In this document: in pieces, positions 44,216 to 52,838 of the stretch | Layout: every line of letters starts with the position of its first letter | How positions within the stretch are numbered: the stretch's first letter is position 1 | Assembly: GCA_965652075.1 (NCBI GenBank) | Contig: CBFGTN010000003.1 | Location: 5,402 to 69,401 of the forward strand | Direction of reading: 5' to 3' | Length of the DNA stretch: 64,000 nt | Source: an uncultured bacterium | Lineage (GTDB): Bacteria > Chloroflexota > Limnocylindria > QHBO01 | Position numbers and translations under genes: made by a program | Notes under the pieces: generated by a model | What the model was told of the DNA's origin: nothing | Seen by the model: only the letters and a program-made list of their open reading frames with translations | Database searches by the model: none

Positions 44216-44460
44216 ACGCCGCCTTCGCCACCGGCGCGCTGGCCTCTGGCTTCGCGGCGGCCGGGCTCGTGGCGCTCATCATCTGGATCGTGACGGTCGT
44301 GACCGGTTCTTCCGACCCGTGGTCCGTCGCGCCGTGGCTCGTCCCGGCCGCCGCGGCCGTGGTCGGTGCGGCCACGTTCGTCGCCGAGCGCTACCTGCAC
44401 GAACGGACGGACGATCGCAAGCGCGCGACGGGGGAGCCCTGGGCGTATCGGGAAGACTGA
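44212..44460 (+). CDS. Small hypothetical membrane protein (2 TM, 82 aa)
   Basis: The GTG overlaps the tyrS stop (GTGA). Two hydrophobic helices are present and the frame is strongly GC3-rich. Confidence 0.5.
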   Translation: MNAAFATGALASGFAAAGLVALIIWIVTVVTGSSDPWSVAPWLVPAAAAVVGAATFVAERYLHERTDDRKRATGEPWAYRED

Positions 44461-44472
44461 TCGGAGGTTGAC

Positions 44473-45165
44473 GTGATCCAGGCCGTCGTCATCGGTGCAC
44501 TGGCGCAGTCCTCGCTGATCCTCAGCGGCCTGGCGGTCTACGTCGTCCGCGTCCCCAAGCGCGTCGTCGGCGGACTCGCCGGCTACGGTGCCGGTGCGCT
44601 GATCGGGGCGATCGCCTTCGACCTGATCCCCGAGAGCGAGGTCCTGCCGACGATCGAGGCGGCGCTGTGGCTGCTCGTGGGGGCGGTCGTCTTCGTCCTG
44701 GCCGACCGCTTCGTCGAGTCGCGGTTCGGGGAGGGCGGTGCCGCCGGCCCGCTCGGCATCGTCGTCGGGGCGGTGGTCGACGGCGTCCCGGAGTCGCTGA
44801 TCTTCGGCATCCAGCTCGCGGCGGGCACCGGACTGAGCGCCGCGTTCCTGGCGGCGGTGTTCATCTCGAACATCCCGCAGGCGCTCGCGCCGTCCGTCGA
44901 CCTCGCCGAGTCCGGCTGGAAGCCCGCGCGCCTGGGAGGGATGTGGGCGGTGGTGGTGATCGTCTGCGGTCTGACGGCCGGGCTTGGCTTCTTGGCCGCC
45001 GACGCGACGGGCGCGGTTGGAGGACGGGCGGCCGCGTTCGCCTCGGGTGGCCTGCTGGCGATGATGACGAACTCGCTCATGCCGTTCGCCTTCGAGCGCG
45101 GCGGCGCGCTCGCCGGGATCGCCACCGTCGTCGGCTTCGCGGTCTCCCTGGCCGGCTCGATGTAG
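44473..45165 (+). CDS. ZIP-family divalent metal transporter
   Basis: About 7-8 TM helices are present, with GAIAFDLIPE and VVDGVPESLIFG motifs typical of bacterial ZIP/ZupT-like proteins. Confidence 0.75.
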   Translation: MIQAVVIGALAQSSLILSGLAVYVVRVPKRVVGGLAGYGAGALIGAIAFDLIPESEVLPTIEAALWLLVGAVVFVLADRFVESRFGEGGAAGPLGIVVGAVVDGVPESLIFGIQLAAGTGLSAAFLAAVFISNIPQALAPSVDLAESGWKPARLGGMWAVVVIVCGLTAGLGFLAADATGAVGGRAAAFASGGLLAMMTNSLMPFAFERGGALAGIATVVGFAVSLAGSM

Positions 45166-45183
45166 GAGCCGGCCGGCGCCGGC

Positions 45184-47265
45184 TCAGTGTCCGCCGCGCT
45201 CCGCGCCGTGGCCGTTCTTCGAGGCCTCGGCGACGACCTTCTCGGCGATGTTGTTCGGCACCTCGGCGTAGTGGTCGACCTGCCAGCTGAAGCGCCCTCG
45301 CCCCTGGGTGATCGACCGCAGCTCGGTGGCGTAGTGGAACATCTCCGCCTGCGGAACCTGCGCCTTGAGGTGCTGCATCCCGTCGCTCGAGTCCATCCCG
45401 AGCACGTGTCCGCGCTTGGCCGTGATCTGGCCCATGACGTCGCCCATGTATTCGTCGGGAACGACGATGTCGACCTCCAGGATCGGCTCGAGCAGCGCCG
45501 GGCTGGCCGCATCGAACGCCTTCTTCAGCGCCTGTGACGCGGCGACCTTGAACGCCATCTCCGACGAATCGACGGTGTGATATGAGCCGTCGACCAGCGT
45601 GGCCTGGAGGTCCACGACGGGATAGCCGGCCAGGACGCCCTCGGCCATCGCCTCGCGCAGGCCCTTCTCGACGGCCGGGATGTACTGCTTCGGCACGACG
45701 CCACCCACGATCCGATCGCCGAACTGGAAGCCGGTGCCCATCTCGGCCGGCGCGAACTCGATGACCACATGGCCGTACTGGCCGTGCCCGCCGGTCTGGC
45801 GCTTGAACTTGTTGTCGATCCGGGCCGCCTGGCGGATCGTCTCCCGATAGGGGACGCGCGGGGTGGCGGTCTTGACCGATGCGCCGAACTTGCGCTTCAG
45901 GCGGTCGACGATCACGTCCACGTGCGCGTCGCCCATGGCGGTGAGGATCGTCTCGCCGGTACCCTCCTCGCGACGGATGTTGATGGCGGGCTCTTCCTCC
46001 TCGAGCCGGTGCAGTGCCTGGCCGAGCTTGTCGAGGTCCGCCTTCGACTCGGGCTCGATCGCCACCTGCAGGGACGGCGCCGGGAAATCGATGCTTGGCA
46101 GCTCCACGGCCTGCGCGCGATCCGCGACGAGCGTGTCGCCGGCGGCCGTCGACGTCAGCTTGGCGACCGCGGCAATGTCGCCCGGGCCCACCTTCGCCAG
46201 GTTCTCCTGCTCCTTGCCCTGGATCGCGAGGAAGCTGCCGACGCGCTCCTCCTGCTTGTGGTTCACGTCGTACACGTGGCCCTGCCCGGAGAGGCTGCCG
46301 CGGACGACGCGGAAGTAGGTGAGACGGCCGACGAACGGGTCCGCGGTGGCCTTGAACACCTGGGCCACGAACGGGCCGCTCGGATCGGGCTCGATCGCCG
46401 TGCCGTCGACGGTCGTCCGCGCCCCGACCTCGGCGGGGGAGGGGATGTGCTTGACGATCATGTCGGTCAGCTCGCGGACGCCGATGTTCTTCGTCGCCGA
46501 CCCGACGAACACCGGCACGACCGAGCCCTCACGCGTGCCCTTGTGCATCGCGGCGCCGATCTCGTCGTCGGTGATCTCCTCGCCGTCGAGGTACTTCATC
46601 ATCAGCTCATCGGAGGCCTCGGCGGCCGCCTCCACGAGCGCGTCGCGGCGGGAGTGCTCGATCCCCTCGAGCTCCTCCGGGATCGGCACCTCCTGCGGCT
46701 TGCCGTCCTCGTAGACGGTGGCGTGCTCCTCGATGACGTCGACGTAGCCCCGGAACGTCTCGGCAGAGCCGATCGGCAGGTAGACCGGCGCGATCTTCGG
46801 CCCGAATCGCGCCTTCAGCTGGTCGAGGGTCGCGTCGTAGTTGGCGTTCTCGCGGTCCATCTTGTTGACGAACACCATCCGCGGCAGCCCGCGGGCATCG
46901 GCGAGCTTCCAGACCTCGTCGGTGCCGACCTCGACGCCGGCCGAGGCGTCGACGACGACGATCACCGCGTCGACGGCCGCGAGGGCCTCCGCCACGTCGG
47001 CCTGGAAGTCGGCGTAGCCGGGGGTGTCGACGATCGTGACCCGCACCCCGTCATGCTCGAGCGACCCGATCGCCAGGTTGATGCTCTGGCCGCGCCGGTG
47101 CTCGTCGGGATCCCAGTCGAGTGTGGTCGTGCCCGCCTCGACGCTGCCCAGACGTGAGATGGCGCCGGCGTCGAAGAGCATCGCTTCGGCGAGGCTCGTC
47201 TTGCCGGCGCCGCCGTGGGAGATGAGGGCGACATTCCGGATCATGTCGGGGGTGGTCGGCTTCAT
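45184..47265 (-). CDS. Elongation factor G paralogue (stand-alone, outside a str operon)
   Basis: G1 is ISHGGAGKTS, G3 is DTPGYADF and G4 is NKMD. Domains II-V are full length, including the GMGDAHV-type segment TAMGDAHVDV. Confidence 0.9.
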   Translation of the reverse strand: MKPTTPDMIRNVALISHGGAGKTSLAEAMLFDAGAISRLGSVEAGTTTLDWDPDEHRRGQSINLAIGSLEHDGVRVTIVDTPGYADFQADVAEALAAVDAVIVVVDASAGVEVGTDEVWKLADARGLPRMVFVNKMDRENANYDATLDQLKARFGPKIAPVYLPIGSAETFRGYVDVIEEHATVYEDGKPQEVPIPEELEGIEHSRRDALVEAAAEASDELMMKYLDGEEITDDEIGAAMHKGTREGSVVPVFVGSATKNIGVRELTDMIVKHIPSPAEVGARTTVDGTAIEPDPSGPFVAQVFKATADPFVGRLTYFRVVRGSLSGQGHVYDVNHKQEERVGSFLAIQGKEQENLAKVGPGDIAAVAKLTSTAAGDTLVADRAQAVELPSIDFPAPSLQVAIEPESKADLDKLGQALHRLEEEEPAINIRREEGTGETILTAMGDAHVDVIVDRLKRKFGASVKTATPRVPYRETIRQAARIDNKFKRQTGGHGQYGHVVIEFAPAEMGTGFQFGDRIVGGVVPKQYIPAVEKGLREAMAEGVLAGYPVVDLQATLVDGSYHTVDSSEMAFKVAASQALKKAFDAASPALLEPILEVDIVVPDEYMGDVMGQITAKRGHVLGMDSSDGMQHLKAQVPQAEMFHYATELRSITQGRGRFSWQVDHYAEVPNNIAEKVVAEASKNGHGAERGGH

Positions 47266-47462
47266 CGGTGCTCCTCTGGCGCGTGCATGCTGAGCGCAGC
47301 CGAGGCCGATGACGTCCGCCTCGGGCGGTGGATGGCCGGAAGTGGATGGCCATTATAGGAGCGGACGCTCGACGCCTCCGGAGGGCCGCCTGTCGCCTAC
47401 GGGACCCAGCGCATGCATCCGATGAACGGCGACCGAACGTACGTTCGCCGGTCATACTCGGC

Positions 47463-49649
47463 ATGGGACAAGACGAGAGGAACGCGGTGACGCCACCCGA
47501 GACGGCTCCCGACGCGATTCCGGTCTGGTTGCGCCGAACCGGCGCCATCAGCTGGCGGCTCCTCGTCGTCGTGGCGCTTGCGGCGGTGACCGTGTGGCTG
47601 GCGGTCGTGCTCGGGACCGTGACCGCTTCGGTCCTCGTCGCGCTGATCGTCGCGGCGACGTTCGGACCGCTCACGCGCAGCCTCCGCGCGAGGGGGTGGT
47701 CGTCGACGAAGGCAGCTGCCGTCGTGACGCTTGCCGCGGTCGTCGTCGGGATCGCGATCCTCGTGATCATTCTCCTGACGTTCGTCCCCGACGCCCTGGA
47801 GGTGATCGGCTCCCTGCAGACGGGGATCGAGCGGCTGAAGACCGAGCTCGCGGCCGGATCAGTGCCTCCGGAGATCCTGCAGCAGCTGCAGGCGATTGCC
47901 GACGAGCTGCGGAACTGGGTCGGCGGCGAGCTCGGCGCGCTCGTCAGCTCGGTCGCAACGATCGTCACGATCGCGTTCCTCGGGCTCTTCCTGACGTTCT
48001 TCGTGCTGAAGGACGGAGAGCAGGCGTGGGCGTGGGTGCTGCAGGTCACCGCCGACTCGAAGCGCTCGCGGATCGACAAGAGTGGACGCGACGCGCTCGA
48101 GCGCGTTGGTGGGTACCTCCGTGGCACGGCGATCCTGTCCGCGGTTCGCGCGGGGATCACGGCCGGGTTCCTCTGGCTCTTCGGCGTCCCGCTCATTCTT
48201 CCGTTGGCGCTGCTCGTGCTCGTCGGCGGGTTCGTTCCATATCTCGGTGGCGTGATCTCGATCGTTGCGGTCGGACTGGTCGCTCTCGGGGCGATCGGCG
48301 TCCAGTCGACGCTCCTCCTGCTCGTCATCGTCGTCGCGACGAACGTCGTCATCGCGAACGTCATCCGCCCTCGGGTCTTCGGCGACTCGGTGCACCTGCA
48401 CCCGGCGATCGTGCTCATCGCGCTCACCGCGGGCGCGGTCATTGCCGGGATCGGCGGAGTCATCATCGCGGTCCCGGCGGCCGCGTTCGTGGTGGGGATC
48501 GGCGGTGCGCTGCGCGACGCCCTCGAGCCCGAGACGGGGGCGGCGCCGAATCAGCTCGTCGCCGGTTGGCTCGATCGTCTGGCGCAGTGGAGCTGGCGGC
48601 TCCTGGCCGCGTTCGGGGTCGGCGCGATCGTCGCCTTCCTCATCTCGCAGGCGCCGCTGGTCGTCACGCCGGTGGTCCTGGCGGTGGTCATCGCATCCGC
48701 GATCGCGCCGCTCTCCGCGACGCTCCACGCTCGGGGGTGGGGGCCCGGCGCGTCCGCACTGGCGGCGACCGCGGGGACGTTCCTGGTCATCGTCGCCGCG
48801 ATCGTCATCGCGGGGGTCCAGATGGCCCAGCCGATCGTCGACGCCATCCAGGGAGCGATCGCCGGCGCTGGGGAGCTCACCGACGACGCGGGCGGCGTGA
48901 TCGCCTGGGTCCAACCGCTGGCCGAGATCATCGGCGGCGCGATCCGCGACGCGGCGGCAGCCGTGCTGGGCCTGTTCGGGGCGCTGGGCGTGATTCTGCT
49001 CATCACCGCGCTCCTGACGTTCTATCTGCTCAGGGACAGCGCCCGCGCCTGGGAGGCGGCGCTCCAGCGCGTCCGTCCGTGGCGTCGGGTCGAGCTCGAT
49101 GCGGCCGGGAGGCGATCGGTCGACATCCTGGGCGGCTACATGTTCGGGACCGCGGCGATCTCGGCGGTCGGCGCGATCTCGCAGCTGCTCATCATGCTGC
49201 TGCTGGACCTGCCATTCGCCGTGCCGATCGCGGTCCTCTCGTTCATCGCCTGCTTCATCCCGTACTACGGCGGGTTCATCACGACCGGCCTCGCGTTCCT
49301 CGTTGCGCTCGCCTTCGGGACGTCGACGCAGGTCGTGATCATGTTCGTCTACACGATCGTGTTCAACATCGTGCAGGGCAACGTCGTCACGCCGATCGTG
49401 TACAACCGCGCGGTCAATCTGCATCCCGCGGTCGTGTTGCTGGCGATCCCCGCCGGCGGCGCGCTGGCCGGCATCGCCGGGATGTTCCTGGCCGTGCCGA
49501 TCCTTGCCGTCATCGCGACGACGTGGCGCTCGATCCTGCTCCTCATGGGCGAGAAGCCGCCAGTGATGCCGCAGCCTGCCGTGGCGCAAGAGGCGGCAAG
49601 CGCCCAGGCGCCGGTGCTCGAGGGCGGCGCCCAGGCCACCGTGGAGTGA
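47463..49649 (+). CDS. Tandem-duplicated AI-2E (PerM/UPF0118) family transporter: two complete transporter modules in one ORF
   Basis: The two halves are clearly homologous. Half 1 reads FFVLKDGEQAWAWVLQV...GGYLRGTAILSAV...VGGFVPYLGGVIS...RPRVFGDSVHLHPA. Half 2 reads FYLLRDSARAWEAALQRV...GGYMFGTAAISAV...IACFIPYYGGFIT...TPIVYNRAVNLHPA. The start is taken at MGQDERN, 47463; the track start at 47328 lies in the intergenic repeats. Confidence 0.8.
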   Translation: MGQDERNAVTPPETAPDAIPVWLRRTGAISWRLLVVVALAAVTVWLAVVLGTVTASVLVALIVAATFGPLTRSLRARGWSSTKAAAVVTLAAVVVGIAILVIILLTFVPDALEVIGSLQTGIERLKTELAAGSVPPEILQQLQAIADELRNWVGGELGALVSSVATIVTIAFLGLFLTFFVLKDGEQAWAWVLQVTADSKRSRIDKSGRDALERVGGYLRGTAILSAVRAGITAGFLWLFGVPLILPLALLVLVGGFVPYLGGVISIVAVGLVALGAIGVQSTLLLLVIVVATNVVIANVIRPRVFGDSVHLHPAIVLIALTAGAVIAGIGGVIIAVPAAAFVVGIGGALRDALEPETGAAPNQLVAGWLDRLAQWSWRLLAAFGVGAIVAFLISQAPLVVTPVVLAVVIASAIAPLSATLHARGWGPGASALAATAGTFLVIVAAIVIAGVQMAQPIVDAIQGAIAGAGELTDDAGGVIAWVQPLAEIIGGAIRDAAAAVLGLFGALGVILLITALLTFYLLRDSARAWEAALQRVRPWRRVELDAAGRRSVDILGGYMFGTAAISAVGAISQLLIMLLLDLPFAVPIAVLSFIACFIPYYGGFITTGLAFLVALAFGTSTQVVIMFVYTIVFNIVQGNVVTPIVYNRAVNLHPAVVLLAIPAGGALAGIAGMFLAVPILAVIATTWRSILLLMGEKPPVMPQPAVAQEAASAQAPVLEGGAQATVE

Positions 49650-49653
49650 CCCG

Positions 49654-50349
49654 GTGACGACGATGAACCGGCGCGCGCGCGTCCAGAAGGCCCTGGTCGC
49701 GCCGGACAGCTACGGGCTGGTGCTCGCCCTGATCGTCGCGACGTACGCGGTGGCGGTGTCCCAGGGAGAATCCTCCGTCCTGGGTTCGCTCGTCGTCCTC
49801 GTCCAGGTCGCAACCGTCTGGTTCGTGCTCCAGACGGCCCGGGCCCGGCGCGCGGTGCGCGCGGCGGCCTTCGTCGTGCTGGTTGCGGCGGCAGCCCTGG
49901 TCGTCGCCGGCGGCGTGCTGGGTGGGCAGTCGTCGGAGCTCCTGATCCTGCTTGCCAGTACAGGGCTCTACTTCGTGGCGCCGATCGTCGTCGTGCAGCA
50001 CCTGGTCACCCGTTCGATCATCGATCGCGAGACGGTGCTCGGGGTGATCGCCGCCTACCTCCTCATCGGCATGTTCTTCGCCTTCCTCTACCGGGTCATG
50101 GGGGTCGTTCAGCCCGATCCCTTCTTCGGGGCGGGCGGCGCCGCGACGCCCTCCCAGACGCTGTTCTTCAGCTTCACGACGCTGTCGACGACCGGGTACG
50201 GCAACCTCGTGCCTGAGGCCAGCACGGGCCAGACGGTGGCGGTGGCGGAGATGATCATCGGTCAGCTGTTCCTGATCACCGCGGTCGGAAAGGTGATCTC
50301 GGTGTGGGCACCCATCGGCCGAACACCAGGAGAGCCGGAGTCCTCCTAG
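49654..50349 (+). CDS. Potassium channel (pore-only type with extra N-terminal TM helices)
   Basis: The K+ selectivity filter is FSFTTLSTTGYGNLVP. The start is GTG 49654 or ATG 49663. Confidence 0.8.
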   Translation: MTTMNRRARVQKALVAPDSYGLVLALIVATYAVAVSQGESSVLGSLVVLVQVATVWFVLQTARARRAVRAAAFVVLVAAAALVVAGGVLGGQSSELLILLASTGLYFVAPIVVVQHLVTRSIIDRETVLGVIAAYLLIGMFFAFLYRVMGVVQPDPFFGAGGAATPSQTLFFSFTTLSTTGYGNLVPEASTGQTVAVAEMIIGQLFLITAVGKVISVWAPIGRTPGEPESS

Positions 50350-51176
50350 CCTCGATCGGCCAGGGTGCGGCGCAGAGCGGCGAGCTCGGACCGGAGGTTC
50401 GCCAGCTCGACGGCCACGGCCGCGTCGCTCGGCTGAGGCGTGCCGTCCGCCTCGGCCGGCGCGGGCTGCGGGACGAGGACGCTTGCCAGGATGCTCGCCA
50501 GCGACCCGATGATCCCGACGCCGGCGAACATGACGAAGACGCCGATGAAGCGGCCCATCGTCGTCACCGGATACTGATCTCCGTAGCCGACCGTCGTGAT
50601 CGTCACGAATGCCCACCACAGCGCGTCTCCGCCGGTCGTGATGTTCGCGTCCGGAGAGCTGCTCTCCACCTGGATCATGAGCAGGGTCGACACCGACAGC
50701 ACGAGGAGCGCGGCGAGGACGGTGATGAACAGGGCGTACTCGCCGCGGCGGCTCACGATGTCGTGGATGAGCGCTCTCCGGTTGCTGCCGCGGAGCACGC
50801 GCGCGACGCGGGACAGCCGGCTGATCCTGGCCAGTCGAAAGAGGCCGGCCGCCGGGAAGAACCCGAACGACGGGACCGAGCCGAGCAGGTCGAGCCAGCC
50901 CCGACGCGTGATGAAGTACTCGCTCCGCGGACGGGACCGCGCCAGGTTCATGGCGAAGTCGACGATGAAGATCGCGCAGAAGACGTTGTCGTAGACCCGC
51001 AGGGCGTCGAGGGTGGCCTGGCTCAGTGGCAGCAGCAGCAACACCATCGTGACCAGCGAGAAGACGGTGAGGACGAGGATGAAGAGGTCGTACGAGCTGC
51101 TCCCGCTCTCGGACTCGGGCGTGGCCACTGGGTTCGTTGGTTCGTTCACGGGGGACACCTCATCGGATTGCCGCAT
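50346..51176 (-). CDS. Voltage-gated-type (6TM) potassium channel
   Basis: The S4-like Arg ladder is LFRLARISRLSRVARVLR. The selectivity filter is TTVGYGD. A C-terminal coiled-coil-like tail is present. Confidence 0.85.
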   Translation of the reverse strand: MRQSDEVSPVNEPTNPVATPESESGSSSYDLFILVLTVFSLVTMVLLLLPLSQATLDALRVYDNVFCAIFIVDFAMNLARSRPRSEYFITRRGWLDLLGSVPSFGFFPAAGLFRLARISRLSRVARVLRGSNRRALIHDIVSRRGEYALFITVLAALLVLSVSTLLMIQVESSSPDANITTGGDALWWAFVTITTVGYGDQYPVTTMGRFIGVFVMFAGVGIIGSLASILASVLVPQPAPAEADGTPQPSDAAVAVELANLRSELAALRRTLADRG

Positions 51177-51236
51177 GCCAGCGCCCCGCCCACGCGGGGC
51201 GGGGCCGTCACGGGTGGACGCCAGCGTTGTCGCCGA

Positions 51237-51527
51237 TCAGCTCGGCGACCCGTAGCCGGGGACGCGTCCCCGTCCGCCGAAGGCACCGCCCGCGTACGAG
51301 GCGACGTCCGCGAGGACGGCGAGGCCGATCCACAGCCAGTCAAGCCCCTCGAGGCCGAACGGCGAGACCAACACGTACATCAGCGTGGTCCACGGCAGGA
51401 ACACGAACCCGAGGAACGGCAGGATGAACGTATCGAACGCGGCGCCCCAGCGCACGGGCTCGAGCAGCCACCAGAAGACGATGACGACGCGTGGGCCGAA
51501 CAGCAGCAGGCTCAGGAAGAGACACAT
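51237..51527 (-). CDS. Small hypothetical membrane protein (96 aa, 3 TM)
   Basis: The ATG at 51527 has a GGAGGG SD 10 nt upstream. The sequence reads MCLFLSLLLFGPRVVIVFWWLLEPVRW... The frame is GC3-rich and forms the C-terminal part of a longer artefactual track ORF. Confidence 0.5.
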   Translation of the reverse strand: MCLFLSLLLFGPRVVIVFWWLLEPVRWGAAFDTFILPFLGFVFLPWTTLMYVLVSPFGLEGLDWLWIGLAVLADVASYAGGAFGGRGRVPGYGSPS

Positions 51528-51819
51528 GACGGGAGCACCCTCCGACTCAGGTCCGATCGACCTCGGCCCCCGCACGGGCATGGTTCCGTATCCAGCGGCT
51601 GAATGGCAAGGCCCGTGTTGATCGCGGTGCGTACGGCCCGGCGTCGATGAGGCGAGGATGACGTCGAGATGAGGCCTCGACGAAGGGAGGCATCGGAGGG
51701 TCGGCCGGTTGCTTGACAGATTGGGCATGGACGCGGCGGCCATCCGGACGTAGCCTTTCAGCCAACACCCACCGCCCATGCAATGCGGGCCCGAGCGCTC
51801 GCCACAGGAGGATTGCGGC

Positions 51820-52275
51820 ATGGCCCTCGGGCCCATCGAACTGCTGGTCGTCAAGTTCCCGGGCAACCAGTTCAAAGGTGAGATCGCCCCTGCGCTGCAG
51901 GAGCTGGTCGACAACGGGATCATCCACGTCATCGACTTGATCTTCGCGATCAAGGACGAGACCGGAAACCTCGCCATCATGGAGCTGAACGACCTCGGCG
52001 ACGAGCGGCTCGCGGTGTTCGAGCCGAAGGAGTCGGAGCTCAAGGGTTCGCTGACCGAAGACGACGCGCGGAGCCTCTCCGGCGGCCTCGAGAACAACTC
52101 GTCGGCCGCGATCATGCTGTTCGAGAATGTCTGGGCCACGCGCTTCGCGGACGCGCTGCGCAACGCCGACGGGCAGCTGATCCTCAACGAGCGGATCCCG
52201 CGCGCGGTCATCGACGAGCTCATCGCCGAGCTTGCGGCCGCATCCGAGGAATCGACCGCCGGCACGCCGGCCTGA
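51820..52275 (+). CDS. DUF6325-like protein
   Basis: MALGPIELLVVKFPGNQFKGEIAPALQELVDNGIIHVIDLIF...SSAAIMLFENVWATRFADALR. An AGGAGG SD lies 8 nt upstream of the ATG at 51820. Confidence 0.65.
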   Translation: MALGPIELLVVKFPGNQFKGEIAPALQELVDNGIIHVIDLIFAIKDETGNLAIMELNDLGDERLAVFEPKESELKGSLTEDDARSLSGGLENNSSAAIMLFENVWATRFADALRNADGQLILNERIPRAVIDELIAELAAASEESTAGTPA

Positions 52276-52297
52276 CGCGACGTAAGGAGACAGACCG

Positions 52298-52654
52298 ATG
52301 ATGATGAGGCGCCGTCGGGGCGGTTTGGTCAGAGGGGTGGCACGCACGGCGATCGTCGCGGGCACCGCGTCGGCAGTGGCCGGTAACGTTCACCACCGCC
52401 AGGAGCAGCGATGGGCAGACCAGGAGGCCGATGCCCAGGCAGCGGCGCAACAGGAGGCTGATGCGGCCGCATACCAGCAGCAGATGGCGGCTGCGCAGGC
52501 CCAGCAGGTCTCCGCGGCCACGGCGGCGGCCGCAGCACCTTCGGGGACGCCCGACCTGACCGCCCAGCTCATGCAGCTCGGGCAGCTCAAGGAGCAGGGC
52601 GTTCTATCCGAGCAGGAGTTCCAGGCCGCGAAGGCCAAGCTCTTGGGGGTCTGA
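52298..52654 (+). CDS. SHOCT-domain protein with Ala/Gln-rich low-complexity middle
   Basis: The C-terminus LMQLGQLKEQGVLSEQEFQAAKAKLLGV is a SHOCT motif. An AAGGAG SD is present. Confidence 0.7.
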   Translation: MMMRRRRGGLVRGVARTAIVAGTASAVAGNVHHRQEQRWADQEADAQAAAQQEADAAAYQQQMAAAQAQQVSAATAAAAAPSGTPDLTAQLMQLGQLKEQGVLSEQEFQAAKAKLLGV

Positions 52655-52660
52655 GTCGTG

Positions 52661-52682
52661 GAGGCGGGATGCTTCCCGCCTC
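52661..52682 (+). terminator. Hairpin after the SHOCT gene; terminator candidate without a U-tract
   Basis: GAGGCGGGA-tgct-TCCCGCCTC is a perfect 9-bp stem starting 7 nt after the stop. Confidence 0.4.
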
Positions 52683-52838
52683 GCCATTGACCCGAGGGCG
52701 GATCGTGGCGGGCATGCAACCGAACGCCCTCGTTCCCGTCTGAGCTCGACGTGCGGCGGCGGCCGCACCCGAAGGAAGGCTGCCTGAGGCTTCCCACCGT
52801 GCAGCGTGGGTTCACGGACGTTTCCGCCTCCATAGGAG

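Noticed and set aside
47328-47462. Track start at 47328 for the AI-2E transporter gene.
   Set aside because: This start would begin inside the GTGGATGGCC direct repeats and the AT-rich promoter-like box, and would add 45 non-membrane residues. The ATG at 47463 (MGQDERN...) directly precedes the first TM segment.
51237-52265. 342-aa minus-strand track ORF spanning the DUF6325-like gene region.
   Set aside because: Only its last 96 codons (51237..51527) have an SD, hydrophobic helices and a gene-free opposite strand. The upstream part is antisense to a well-supported plus-strand gene and crosses a 292-bp intergenic region.
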